Below are positions 14,116-28,503 of a stretch of 64,000 nucleotides of DNA, one piece after another (within the stretch, counting starts at the first letter, position 1; the number at the start of each line of letters is the position of its first letter). A program made the position numbers and the translations under genes. The notes under the pieces were generated by a model. It was given only the letters and a program-made list of their open reading frames with translations. It was not told where the DNA came from and did no database searches. This DNA is from Dimorphilus gyrociliatus (Eukaryota > Animalia > Annelida), in contig CAJFCJ010000012.1 in NCBI GenBank assembly GCA_904063045.1, positions 558,001-622,000 on the forward strand, read 5' to 3'.

Positions 14116-15835
14116 ATTTTTTCTATTATTATTTATCCTATAAAAAAGAAACAAATTCTTTTATCAACAAAATGCTTCTGGCCTGATCATAATTTTTCAA
14201 ATGAGAAGACTTAACTGCTTCGCGGCGCTTGTGAATATTTTGTTAGCGACATCTGGCTGGAACTTTTCTATATGTCCATACTATATACAATATCCTCATT
14301 TTGGTATACATTTCATGGATGTACTATATAAAACACTCATATTTCAGCGATATTAGTCTTTATTTTGTATATTATAAGTAAAAAGTTTTCAATATAAAAC
14401 TTATAGAAGTAAAAACTTTACATATAAAGAAATTAAAAAATGTATGAATATCTTTTGAAAAATGTATCCTTCTTTCTCAGGTTTTTGACATTAATTGCTA
14501 TTTATGATATGTATATAAATCTTATCAAAGACTGAACACTATATGAGGTGAAATTACAGTAAATCTTTTCAATAGAGCAAAGATATACATATATAGTGTA
14601 AAATATAAAAGTTAGAAATGCTCTTCTGTTTTCTATACTGTATTTATAAACTTATATTTATTTATATAGATTTACAAAGAAAACATTTTCTATCAAAGCA
14701 AAAGATTTTAGAAAGAATCAAGAAGTAATAAATATTTTTTTGGCGGATAAAAAGTTACATATTTTATAATTACATTGGAATGTATGGGGAAAGATTAATT
14801 TTGTCACGTAAAAGATCAATAATGCAAAAGAGAATGCAATATAATAATCAATAAAATTTTATAAATGAAAGTTAATTAATTCAATTGTTAACCTACAATC
14901 ATAATTTAACCGATGTAAAGTATATTCAACTATTATACACATGTATTGGAATTTATATTATTCTCTTCTATCATCCTGCTTCCTTTTCTCTATCTTTCTC
15001 TATCTTCCTCTCTCTCTTCCTCTCTTTCTCTCTTTCTCTCCCTCCTCCCACTTATGAAGCGGTATAAGACCGTTTTATGCTTCTTTTTAATAAAAATCTT
15101 TATCGATTCATTCTTTTTTGTCTACATTTTTATATTTTTACATTTTGGTTAGCATCTAGATTGACCTTGACGCTTAGAAAATTTAAGTAGTAGATTAATT
15201 GAATGCTATAAAATGTTACTAATCCAGGATTTAGTTGTGAAAAAATAGAGAAAGATATGAATTTAAATTTTATTTTCTATAAAAATTTCTATTGGTTTTT
15301 ACTTGAACTTTATCGTTTTATCAATGAACTTGACAGATTAGATATTCTTAGAATCTTAAGCATAAATACTAATAAAAGAAACTCTAAATAGGAATTAGCA
15401 GATAAGCTTTCAGCTTCCATCCCATTTTTGGACAGTAACATTTATATTCCATCATTCTAAGAGAACTCGTCAATATTATACTTTGTACTCTTTGAGAAAA
15501 GTAATACTCTTTCAAATAATAGACCAAAATATTCATAATTTAGGTTGATTTTATCAAGAATATTATCATTTTTATTAGTTGTATATAATGTAAATTATCC
15601 AATGATTAGAAAAGTATTGATTGACATTATTATCATTCTTCTCTAAACACTGTACAGTGTGAACAAAGAATATAGATAAACTCAAGCAAATTTCTTTGGG
15701 AAATTTTTCGTGAGTGCTTGTTGAAAAAGTAATGAATGAACTTCTAATACGAGCTCTCTTTCTCTCTTTTTCTCTTCTCAATCGCTCTCCGTCTCTCTCT
15801 ATCTTTCACTCTCCCTCTGTCTGTTGATTTGTATA

Positions 15836-17452
15836 TTATGGTAATGGACATTTGCAGTTAAAATCTTTATGACCAATTCGAAATTGTAAAAGTATAATGA
15901 AGTATGTGATCATAACGCCAAACATCTGATATAAAAAAAATAAACAATAGATAATAAATGAAAATAGTGTATACAGCAATAAATCATAAAAATTTCAATT
16001 ACCGTTACTAATGCAGAAGGATCGACAACAAACATTCCCATTGCCGAGACGCCAATCGTTGTTCCCGTCAATTTATTCATAAACATATTTATCTATTCAA
16101 AAATAATAATATTACATTGAAAAACCAATATGAATTAAAGCTCTTATAATATAAATACAGGATTAAGTACTACAAGTACTAGTCATTAATTACAGACATG
16201 AAAATTTCATATGAATCATACCTGAAGCAATTTATCATTGTCAACTCCATCGTAAACAAGTGATAGAGAGAGCATAGATTTAATGGGATGATGAGCCTAC
16301 TCACCACAATATATACAGTATTATAGTCTAAGAAAATATCCTTATTAATGTATATATATATATGTATGCTCTTACCCAAACGTAAATATTTCCTCCATGA
16401 TATCCAATTGTTAGCATATGAATAATTATTGAAAATATCCAAAATAGCTGAAGACTTGTAAATTCAGTATTTAATTTATGATAAATCACATTATATAAGA
16501 TTATACATAGTAGAGTAATATGACTTAAAAATGATGAAGATGTAATAAACGATACCACTCTATCCAAGCCTGTGAAAAATTAGATTAATCATTTATTTAA
16601 AAAGTTACTTAATGAAAGTAATAGCATACTTTCAACTAATTTACACAATTCTATATGTCTATTCCTGTAGATTTCTAAATCTCCTATAAATTTACCCTCA
16701 TCATCAACTAGATCCTCAAATTCTTTAGCAAATTTCTCAAGTTCGTCTGCAACCAATACGCACAACAGTTTATATAAGACTGTTGGTAAGACTGTTACCA
16801 TAGTATTTAAGAAACATATAATAACTGATAAGAATCTAAAATCTCCAGATAAAGGATAAAGCATGTGATTAAACCATATTTTTGATTTATTATAAGCCGT
16901 ATAAGATGTCCAAATTGTATTTAGAATGATAAAAAATGCTGCTCCAAATATATTTAATATCATACAACGCTTTATCTTCGGATTCTCAATTGAACTAGTT
17001 TCTTCATAATTAATTGCAAACGTATAGAAGCAATTCTTTTGCTTACAAACGTAAAACATGGCGCAAGTTTTACATACACTCTCCAACCACCAAACAGTCA
17101 AGATTAATTTGAAGAATAATTCGGCATTAAAACTATTCACAACTCCAAATGAGAGTAAATATCTTAGTAAATTGAAAACTATTAGAAACGATATAAAGAA
17201 TGAAAATATTTGAAAAGCTGATATTCTCTGCCATATTTTTAATTTATTATCTGTTGTATGAGATTTTCTTGAATAGAATAATCCACTAAATTTCATTACA
17301 AGAAAAAATGGCTTTAGTAAACGATACAGCTTAGTTTCTTCCAGTTTCTTAGGTTCATCTCTTTGTTTCATTATTCTTAGCGCTTTTAAGATTTGAGGCT
17401 CCATAAAATTTGAATTTTGGCGTGCCAATTTCCTTTTGTGAAGCTTTTCCAT
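15836..17452 (-). CDS. Gustatory receptor-like (7tm_7/GRL) protein, about 423 aa. Exons 17452-16630, 16569-16376, 16296-16222, 16092-16003, 15925-15836
   Basis: Multiple TM segments. The C-terminus reads IGVSAMGMFVVDPSALVTMFGVMITYFIILLQF, containing the GR-family TY-x5-QF motif. The last three introns are all phase 0, as is typical of GR/GRL genes. Confidence 0.92.
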
Positions 17453-18268
17453 TGTTAAAATCTGAAGAGTAAGTGCGTCAAGCGATTGCAGGTGTTGAGA
17501 AATTATTGATGCGCCTGATGGATGCTAAGTAAATATTATTGATTATTAGAAAAAAGAATCTTTTACCTAACATAAGAACCCTTTATTATTCTGTTTCAAG
17601 TAATTGAGGAGAATATTTTTTTCTCAAATAACGCCTTTATATATGGAATAAGAGAAGAACCGCTTCCCTACACTAAACAATATAAAATTATCAACTTCCT
17701 GGAGTTCAAAAGTGATTTCTCTGCAATCCTATAAATTGTACATGCTACAGACATTTGTCATGTTATAAAAAATATTCTCATATTCAGTACACAGTATATT
17801 AAGAGCTGTTACTTAATACATAAAATATCAAGAATTTGCACGCTCTTTAATTATTAACATGGCTGAAAAAGAGAGAAAAGTTACAATTTCATAGTTTCTC
17901 CTCTTTAAAGTTTAGAACGATAGATGGGGCTTCAACAATTTTATTATAGTAGGTACCTAAAATCTAGACGGAATTCATAAATATTCCCTTACACAGATGA
18001 AAATAATCGATTTTTTTTCTGCCCTTCAGGTGGGAAAAGTTTTATTTCTTTTATTACTGGTCCTTTACAAGTTTGCACAATACATATCTCAACAAATAAA
18101 ATGTATAGTTATAATAAAAAGAAACAATATGCAGTGATGTATATCCCAAAGAAAATGCTTTAAAAATATACAATTTATATGTATGCAGTATAATAAAACG
18201 ATCTTTTCCCTCTTTCTTCTATTGCATTAATACAGTATATATTCTGAATTTTTTGCTAATAATTGTAT

Positions 18269-21200
18269 TTATTTTTTTCTCATAGCCTGAGAGACGGCAG
18301 CCATTACTGTGGTTAAAGAACATCGAAACCAGTCAGAATGCAGCCGATAAGCATTCAAAATATTAGTTATATCTTTGAGCGTTCTTTTAGAATCGTTTAC
18401 GTTAAATTGCCAAACAACTTGAGAGTGTTTGTCGAAAGAGTTTGTTATCCTGTACAAATGTGGGCTAGACCAAGGTATAAAGAGTTGTTTCTTATCTGAC
18501 GTTATGTAGATAGACGATGAAGGCAAGGTTTTACTATAATAAGATAATGAGCATGGACATTTTGACCCGGTTGTCTCTTCCTCTGAGTTGATTTGAACTA
18601 AGTCTGTTTGAGTCGATGCATCAATAGCATAATGACAAGTTTTGCCTTCTCTTTCAATTATATCTAAATCTTTGCTATCCTCCAAAGATTTTTCAAAATT
18701 AGAAAATGTCTTGGAAAGTTCAATCTCCCCTGAATATTTAATGAATTCTTCATTATCTTTTTCGTTCGTTTCCCTTTCAACCTCGTCTTCTTTGATAAAG
18801 AACCTTTCACGGTTGACAGTTGCATATATATTGCTATTCTTTTCATTGTATTGTTCTTCTCTTGCCTCGTCTTCCTTATCCGAATAGTCAATATCATACT
18901 GTTCTTCATAATCAACATCGTCGGCAAAGGCGATATTTTGAAGGCTTTCCAAATAAACTTTGGTTTTTTCATAATAATCTACCCTGGTGTTCTCTTTTGA
19001 AACTTTAGTATATAGGTGTTCTTCTTCCTCTTCTGCAAACCTTACCATATGTTGAGAGGAAAGGGATCTTTGTTTTGAGGAAGAAGTTTCTGAAGGTGGT
19101 GATAGAGCTCGCTTTCTTGGAGGTAATGGAGGGGCGGAACTCTGACTCATATGTTTTTTTATTGAGGCGTAAAACACTTCATTTTCAGTTAAAGTGGAAT
19201 CGCTAGACTTTTCACTTTCGCTACTTTCAACAGTTTCCTGAAGCTGGGCCATTTCATTAGTTAATACAGTTTGCCATAAAGATGAGCGATGTCGCCAAGC
19301 GAATATACTTTGTCGTCTCTTAGCTAATCGTCCTGAAGATCCATCAGAAGATTTTCGTCGGTCTGCCCAATCGGGACGATTAGCTCCTAATTCTTTTACA
19401 AGATCAGAATCGGCCGAGACTTGCTCTTCTTGCCTCCTAAAATCATCATGGCATTCATTCATCCACGCTAACATCCATTCTCCAACCTATTTGTGATCAA
19501 AGAAAACGTGTACTTAATATTTTTATTATTCCAATAACATTATATTCTACGTAATACGTAAGTTGAAAATTTATCTATTTTTGTTGTTCTAGTCCAGTAG
19601 ATGGCTATTACGAATATTTGACAAATGAAAGAGAAGAACTTGACATTATTTTGATTAAGAAAATATACATGTTCTCTTAATTTAATAAGTAAAGAATTTC
19701 TTTGAAGAATATAAACGAATGCGTAGGAATCTAACGTAAAATTTTCAAAACATGAGATAACCTGTATTAACAGGATACGGCCGTCTGTACTTAGTTAACC
19801 CTCTAGACTACTGAAGCAATTCGAAAAGGTAAAAAAAAAAGAAAAGAGAAGAAAATCTCCTCTGCAAAAGAAACGCAAGCGGAAGAGAGAAAAATATAGT
19901 AAGAAACAATAAGAAGTCTTTAAAATTAATACCGTTTATTAAATTTCCATATAGCTTTAAGAGTGATTATGGTAATAACTTTTACACTAACTTTTCTTCT
20001 AAACCTATTACATTGTACTGGAAGCATTTGTCATTATTTTTCCTTAACCTTTTCAACTAGTACATTCTTCCTCTTTTCTTATTTTCTTTCTCAGATTTTC
20101 CCACAGTTTTTATTGTATATAACTTTAAGCAGAAAAAAAGATATACATTAAACAACAACGCAAACTCAGTCTGCTCTTTAAACGATTTAAATATCCGAAT
20201 TGTTCTTCATCGTAAAGATATCGAATGGGGCATAATTAAAATCTAGTAAAAACTCTATACTCAACAACTCCGAAGAGGGATGGATATAATTCAAAACAAA
20301 CTAGGCAAAGAATAATTTAGCCTACTATTTATACACCTGTTAACATTAGTTGAGCCTATAATTATTTGGTTGATTTTTGAACTTTCCAAATAAATATATA
20401 AAGACAGTATAAAAAATATAAAGGTTTATTATGAATTAAAGTAGGATAACAGCAAGAAAGAGAGAGAGAGAGAGAGAGAAAGTAAGAATTATTACCTATC
20501 TTTACTAAGCACATAAAATAAAAATAAAAAAGAGAGAGAAACATTCTTGATATCTCTTTTAAAAAAGTATATTTATTAAGAATATTCCGTTATAAATTGA
20601 CTAAGACTTTTAATAAATTCTCCTAGGTAATTTACTGTTGAATAAATAAACGTCTAATGGTAAATTTATTGTAAAAAATGCTGATTACTATTACTAATGG
20701 TTGTTCAGTCTATTTTATTTAAATGCTCTTTTACTAGTTGTACTTTATTATTTTCACAGTTGAGAAAGAAAAAAAGTTTAACAATTTTTTAAAAAGCTTT
20801 TTATTAAATATACAGTATATACGCTATCCTCTTTCTATCCTACGATTGTTCTCATATATTTCTTATTTCTAATACTATTATTAAGCTATCATCAGATATA
20901 TATCTCCAACTTAGAATCATATTACGAGTTGAAAAGTTCGCTTTAGATGAGAAGGGAAGTAATAGAATAATAAGGTCAGTATTTTTGTAAATTACACTGG
21001 ATAGATTGATAATTTAAATAATCCAAATGAGATTAAACTTTTAAGAATAGAAAGTATATATTACCATATATTTTCCTCCATGATTTAACCAAGTGGAAAC
21101 ATCCGCCTCATTATCTTCAATGGCATCAGCGATTTCTTCCACTATCACACCTCTTTTCATTAAGTATCTAACAATCTTAAAAAATTACGCAATAAGAAAA

Positions 21201-21371
21201 CAAGGAAAGTAAATGATATATTTTAACTTTGAACACCTGTCTAGCCGAATTGTGCTCCCAAATCGGAAATGCAAACATACCCGATTCGAAAATATCCATC
21301 ATTTCCCATTCTAATTCCTCTGACATAATCAAATCTGAAGTAAATAGGAAAGTTGAGAGTACTACAAACAT
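18269..21371 (-). CDS. Uncharacterised protein of about 487 aa with an N-terminal HNF1/HMBOX1-like helix-turn-helix and an acidic low-complexity middle. Exons 21371-21237, 21175-21065, 19486-18269
   Basis: Phase-0 GT-AG junctions (CAG|gtgttc..aag|ATT; ATG|gtaata..tag|GTT) join a 405-codon terminal exon to two short exons. The start Met is uncertain and there may be a further upstream exon. Confidence 0.75.
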
Positions 21372-23149
21372 ATCGACAATTTCTTCAAAATAGTTAGATG
21401 ACAAGATAAAAGAAGAAAAGTTATTATTTAAAATATTTATTAATATACTAGAGAAGTATGACTAATATATTATATAATAGAATATTATACTAGAAACTGT
21501 ATATATATATATAGAATATAAAAACTTGCTGAAAAACATCTAGAGGAAAAAGGGAAAAGAAATTATACTTCTTAAAAAAAAATTGAGAATGTTGCTAGGT
21601 CGAAAGCTATCGAAAGAATGAATTGAAATAGGTGTGGGATAGTAAGTCACGTGGAATCGTTTAGTTACGGAAAACTGAAGTTTTCTACTGTGATTTCAAG
21701 CATTCCAATTAAAATTGCAATGTTAACGGTTGCTTGTTAGGTGTAGCAGTAAATATTGTAAATTGGTCTTAACTTGATCACATTATACAATTTAAATACT
21801 AGTTAAAAGTTAATTTTGTTAAAGTTTTCTATAAAAATATAAAGTAAAAATCTGGTATTTTTCTTTCTTTTTTATATTCTATTTCCTTTCTTTTTCAACT
21901 GTAAAATGAACATTGAAATACTTAGAGATTTGTTATAGAAGAAAAATATACATTTATTAATTTAAACAGTTTGTTTTGAAGCATATTATTGTGTTTATAT
22001 CTCAGTGTTTAGTAGAGAGAAATGTTTGTTAGTACTAAACATTGTTTGTTATGAATTGCTATGGTTGTTAATTATATAAGGGAAAAAGGAGAGATAGATA
22101 TTTATAATAGAAGCAACAGAAAAGAAAAATATAATCCTAGATATATATTTATATAAAAAAGAAACTTGACAAACATAATTAGAATCAATTATATAAATAA
22201 ATTCATTTATAATAGTTTTATAGTTTACGAAAAGAACGCTTTTCCTTTTCAATAAATTTAAATAATTCTGGACTTTTTAATTATAAATTTCTAAGAAAGT
22301 TTCAGCTTTGTAGTGTTGAAAGAAAAATTACTGTCTATCCATACAAACAGTATGAGTGTATATGTAATGATTCTTCTGTTTATTTACCTATACTATTTCA
22401 TATATTTATATATATATATATATTTACAATGAAATTTTTTCTTTAATATTTATATATTTATTTCTATATTATTATATCAAATTTTTTCCTCATAACGTAT
22501 ATAAATATACTGAATACACTGTATATCTTTTTTCCCTTCTTTCTTCTCTCTCATTCTTGCTTTGTGGTTTAGATTATCTTACTTATACTATATACAATAT
22601 ATATGCTCTCTCTCTCTCTCCCTCCATATACAAACTTATATATATTTTTAGTCTTATGTAGAATATTTATATTCTAGAAGTTTGTCTGTCTGTCTGATCA
22701 CTAAATAAGCTAATTAATCTTGCTAACTGACAGTAAATAATTACCTTGAAATATTTTGAAACAGGTAAGAATAACATTGATTTTTTTACAGATTCTATAA
22801 CCAATGATATTCTAATAGATAAAAATATGTTAGAACTATTAACTCTTTCACATTTCACCTTTTACTTCGTTTATAACATTTCATGGCACATTCAACTCTC
22901 TATTTTTTCCTCTTTTCTCTCACTCTCCCACAATATTTCTTCTTCTTCCTCTTTCTCTTTGCCTAGCTTTCATTAGATACTTTTTTTTCAAAAACTTTCT
23001 CTTGTAACTTTCTTTTTCTTTCATTTATTTTGAAATTAAGAAAAAGAAGATTATTGGGCCATGTTTGTAAAACTTTACAAAATGTCAACATCTCTCAACA
23101 ACTGGTATTTCATTAGTGAATTCTTATGACTTGCGAATGCTTTAAAGAA

Positions 23150-23385
23150 ATAAAATTTAAGCAAGAACAGTAAAAAAATTTCAGACAAATGTTTCTAAAT
23201 AGTTATTTATCAACGTTACAAACTCAACATTTGTCTAACTTAATCATTGTCACAGCTGACTTTGATGGGTTACAGTAGCTCATAGAGCACACGATAAACA
23301 CAGTTTGTTCCAGTTGTACAAACAAAGAGGCTGTTGCCCTTTTTATTACCAGTTTAGTTAAGGAGACTTTTTTTTGCTCACTGTA
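23150..23385. mobile_element. Degenerate transposon remnant, class uncertain
   Basis: The minus strand reads TA|CAGTGAGCAAAAAAAAGT (23385-23366), resembling a Tc1-like terminus. A plus frame gives FLNSYLSTLQTQHLSNLIIVTADFD, weakly like the LINE endonuclease IIxGDFN motif. No partner end and no long ORF. Confidence 0.3.
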
Positions 23386-24746
23386 TATAGTTAATATTGC
23401 TTGTAAACTAGATCATAGCTATCCCGGTTTTTTTGTTCATCTTACAAAAATATAATATAGCTTTACTGATAAAGATTAGACGAGTCATTAAAACAATCTG
23501 TCACCGCTTTGGTATTTAACAAATACCCTAACCAATAAATCTCCTGATCAATTTTTTTATGCTATCCAATCAACGCCCCTGGATGCTGGGAATGTTGTTT
23601 TTTTATATATTTTATTTCTTCCTACTTAACAATAGAGAGTACAGACTGGAAAAAGTAAAAAGAATCGAATATACCTTATTAGAGCTTAGTAATTGATATC
23701 TTCTACTTAAAAATGCATTGGAATACTTTTAGAATAATTCTTAGGGGACGTCTAACTACTTGTAAAACATCTCACTAACTCATTTAAATAGTCCCTTGAT
23801 ATAATTCGTATTTTAAATATTTACTTCTTAAATCTTAACAACAAGCCAAAGTTGTTCGAGTAATAAGAAATATAAAAAGTCGCAAGTAAATTTAAACACT
23901 AGTCCTATAATAGTTAAACTAAATAGTTTAACATTAAAATTGTTAAAAGATGGCGTTGTGTGAAAAACAATTTTACTATTAAAATACTTTTCATTCGCTT
24001 TATTTCTGTTAATAAAGCCATAGAAGATATTTCATTAAATACTCTTAGATTTGCAGTATCTATTATATACATATGCTCTATAATCCATTTTAATCCTTTC
24101 ATATTTCTTCCCCATCCACCAGAAATTTATCTTATTATGTAATAATAAAAAAAGTTTTGGAGTAAAGAAAAAAAACACATAATGCACTTAGAAAAGCTTT
24201 TAATCTTGTTTACAAATTGCCTCGATCTAACTGATTATCAGTTTTCTTTTCATAAAAAATTAACATATTGAGTTAAATTTTTGTTTGTTTTTTATATTCC
24301 AAGATAAGTTTTGTATCTTCTCTTTCTTATTCTCTGCTCAAGCCTTCTTAAATTGCAAAATATGACTAATATTTTCATAATTCTTTTTCCTTTCACTATT
24401 ATAAACATAGCAATGTTGATTTTTTCTTCTTTTTCTTCTTGACAAGAGACTTATCATATTTCCATATTTCTTATTTTTAAACTGGATAGGTTTATATAAG
24501 AAAGTTGCTAAAATAATCCATTCAAGAGATATCAAGAAGGAAGTCGTCTTTTTACTTCTCTTTTTTTATATTAATCTGAGAAATTATTCCAAAATGAATG
24601 AAAAATATCTTCCTGATCAATGAAGAGACGAAAAAGAATCCGACGGCACTTGAGATAATCTGTACTGACTTAGTTTAATCTATTCTTAAATTCTTCTATA
24701 TGATGTTTATTCACTTTATTTCGTTCAATAATCTAGAACTTTTCAG

Positions 24747-25018
24747 ATAAGAGACGAAAGTTTACTGATTTTATCCCACGACTTGGCAAGGAACCGGAAG
24801 AAAGCTAGTATTCCACCCGATAAGCCTTATCATGAGCAACAACCATCAGGGTATGTTTGCCCCAAGATTTCGTGCTAAAATAAATTCCATTGGCGCCAAG
24901 CGCTCATTACCTTTTAGTAAAGTTTGTTTAAGACGTTGCGCATTTATTTTCAAAACCCACAAAATCTTTTTTCAGTTCGCCGAACTATAAAAACGAAGGT
25001 CACCTTAAGCCTATATAA
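24747..25018 (+). other. Candidate spliced exons 24747-24850 and 24976-25018 of an unidentified small transcript
   Basis: Good splice signals (ttttcag|ATA, GG|gtatgt, ttttttcag|TTC) around locally GC-richer sequence. Reading frame and start are unresolved. Confidence 0.3.
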
Positions 25019-26017
25019 CTTTTTTCCATGGAAAAGGGGTTTTTGATCCCGAAAGCAGCGGGCTATTGAAAATCTTTTTCTTTCCGCATACTAGAAAAAA
25101 AACTAAAGAAGCGTAAACTAAAAAAATAAAGGGGAAGTACGAGAGAACAAGAGCGTATATGAGAGAGAGAGAGAGAGAGGAAGGTGGGGTGGATGGAGCG
25201 GCTTGGGGGCAGGAGAGTAGTGAGAGAAAGGTAGAATAAAGAAAAAATCTGTTTCAATTTAAGATTATACTAAAAAAGAGAAATAAGAAAACTTTTTCCA
25301 GATTTTCCTGTATTCTCTAGGCGCCCTACGGCCGATACTAAACCGCTAATGTTTCTAGATTAAGTTTTAATTGAAAATAAACATCCTAAAGGCGAAAAGC
25401 ATATGAAAAAAATATACGAAAATATTTTATTTTATCTACCTCTTCTATTACAAGTTCAATTTTTTTAGTAATTCCCTTTGGAGTTCCTTATTCCTCTATT
25501 AATTTCTTTTAGCATCAAATTTTCGATACAAAATGCCCACAATACTTTTTTTTTGAGACCGTCTGCAATCATAAGGCCTATTAGATACGATTAGCCTACA
25601 ATAGCCTAAAATATTGCAGATATTTGCTTTTTAAGCGAATAGATAAGAGCCTAATCGACCTTAGTGATTTCTAACCATAGCGTAACAGTCATTATTCCTT
25701 TTAACTTTGGGATAGGAAAGAAATGTAGACATTCCTTTACCTAATTTTTCACTATTATAGGCCTTTTTACCATTTGCACTTTTTCGATTAGTGAAAATAT
25801 GCTTTAACAAAGATAATTTATCATTATGAAAATGTAGAAGAAGTTCTTATTTTTCTCTTGCAATCAAAATCAACAGAAGCGGTATGTAAAAAAAATAAGA
25901 ATAAAGTTAACCAACAAGTAAATATACAAGAATAAAGTTTTTTTGTTATTACTAGATTTTACACATACACTCACACTTACAGACATAGACACCACTTTCT
26001 TTCTATCATTCATTCAT

Positions 26018-26072
<55 letters not shown>

Positions 26073-27899
26073 TTCATTCTTCCCCTTTCATTTTTACTTT
26101 CTCTTTCACGGTTCCTATATTATACAGTAAGGAAAATATCAAAAGTGTGCGCATAAAGCAGTCTCTTTTACGTTTTCTAAACTTTGAGCAATTTGGACTT
26201 TATTTTTTAATTTAATCTCCAATTTAACATAGAATTATTGCCTTTAATGGTCGTTAAGTACAAATCTAATTATCGAGAGGCGAAAAAAAAAGACTTCATT
26301 CTACCAATTACCACTTTATCGCAGTAATAAACTCGTCGTTTTTACGTAATCTATTAAGAGAAAGGTGAAGCAGATTTTCATTGTTTGTTTTTTAAACCTT
26401 TACAGCGGATGCTATTAGAGTTACGTATAATAGAGCAACATCGTTTCCTTTAAGTTCAAGATCGATTCTACCGAAACATTCGACATTTAGACTTCTGTCA
26501 TGAATGTTAAATTGAAGCCTTTGGGCGCCTCCTACGAATAATTCTATCTAAAGGACCGAAGAAATACAAAGTTTTCATCCTTTATTTTATTAAAAATGCA
26601 GTAACCGCAAGATGGCGACATGTGTTAGATGAATTGTATTGAGAAAGAGATGCACATTATAAGCGTAAAATATTAGAATTAAAAAATAGAAATATACTTA
26701 AAAAAAATTAGACGCCACCAGATAAAATCGTTGACAGGTAAACCAATGAAAATAAACTATATCAAATTGAACATAAAAAATAGTGCATGATAGTCTTGAA
26801 ATGCAGATAGAAAATGAGAGGGAAAAAAGGAAAATATATATATAAATATATATTTCAAATATATAACAAGCAAATAATATTTTGCTATCATCAAAGAAAA
26901 TAATGAAAATGAAATTAATAGAATAATAAATAAATTAAATATTTGAAATTATTCTTTCCATAACCAATCTAGACTTTAGATTACTAAAGGGATTCGATGG
27001 TGGAAACATTACGTTAATTATAGCACAAAAATTCTTCAGGATAAATCAGCCTTTACACACGAAAACCGCATATATTTTCATTATCAAAATAATGAACATT
27101 TGTTTAGCGTATGACATGAACATTCATTCGATAACAGTATATGATTAATATTTAAATATATACTATTATATTAATATGAAACGTGAATCGAAAATATATA
27201 CAGCATATATATCAACAAATAAAGCTGGAATACGCTATACTTTACGATATATTAATATATATATACTGTATATATATATACACAAGTATATGTACAGATA
27301 TACATACATGTATATATATAGTGTATACATACTAGTATTCAGAATATTAGATACTACATTTCTGTTTTTCAAAGCGTTCGTTATAAAAAAAAGAGAAAAA
27401 GAAGTATACCTGCATTACTTAAGTAATAAACCTGTTAAGTTTTAGTGTTAACCCTCAACGAAATAATTTCCTTTTTTCCATAGACACTCTCAAAAGTATG
27501 GAATATAAGTATGCATATGTTGCAAGTATCTATGTATATACTGTAGATGAGAGAGAAATAAGAAGAAATGATTTGTGAGTAGTTAAAGCTACATTCTTCG
27601 CTGATAATATGCTTTTCGCATCTTCTTCCTTCTTTAATAACCAAGTTAAATCAAATTTTTAAGTTGTTTGAAATATCAATTTATTATTTTTTTCATGCCT
27701 TTACTTTTTAGAAAATAGAAAAAAGAATAAACATATTTCTTTATTGATAAATGTATTTGTGTTTTTTAGGTTTTATACTTCTGTTTCATTTTGGAAAAGA
27801 TTCAAGGAAACCTTTTGATTAGAGCGCAAAAAAAACTCTGTCGTATCAAATTCTATAAAAGTAGGAAAAAAGCGATTATGCGGTATTATTATATCTATA

Positions 27900-27918
27900 G
27901 ATATAACATATATATATG

Positions 27919-27971
<53 letters not shown>

Positions 27972-27992
27972 TATATATAAACACATGTACTG

Positions 27993-28022
<30 letters not shown>
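27900..28022. repeat. Long interrupted (TA)n microsatellite
   Basis: Direct reading. Other (TA)n tracts lie at about 2891-2975, 3527-3600, 13361-13432, 28381-28432, 31243-31279 and 59321-59430. Confidence 0.95.
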
Positions 28023-28023
<1 letters not shown>

Positions 28024-28503
28024 TAAAGAGACAACATTTGATATTTAAGCCAATTTTAAAATTAAATTGCTTTCGGATGTGGAAGATGTTTGTTTAATTA
28101 ACTATGAAATAAAATAATATAGTGATTACTTTGATCAACTGAAATATTATAATTGTCAATGGTACAAAATAAAAAGGAGAATAGCAAGTAAAGAATATAT
28201 TTATTACATAATCGATATTCTGGATAAGTAGCTTTCTTTTTTTTAGGGATTATAAGAGAAAGATATTCCTCTCTTATTTCTCTCAACTTCGACTTAAATA
28301 ACTATTGCATACTATGAAACATACAATATACATTTTCCAAACCTAAACAACATCGAAAGCAAGCAAAAAAAAAAATAAATATATGTATATATAGATATAT
28401 ATATTATATATATATATATATTATATATATATATTGTTTTATTTTTATTTTATATAAAAAAAGCGTTTTTTGCTGCCTTCAAATAAACCTTCGATCATGG
28501 GGA

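Noticed and set aside
18642-19008. ORFs overlapping the large acidic exon (18642-18887+, 18664-18972-, 18820-19008+)
   Set aside because: They are antisense or shifted-frame shadows of a biased coding exon. The same applies to 28559-28798, 28811-29185, 46752-46982, 51226-51459, 53487-53708 and 57101-57313.
26390-26545. About 50-codon open minus frame (IELFVGGAQRLQFNIHDRSLNVECFGRIDLELKG...)
   Set aside because: No phase-compatible neighbouring exons were found.
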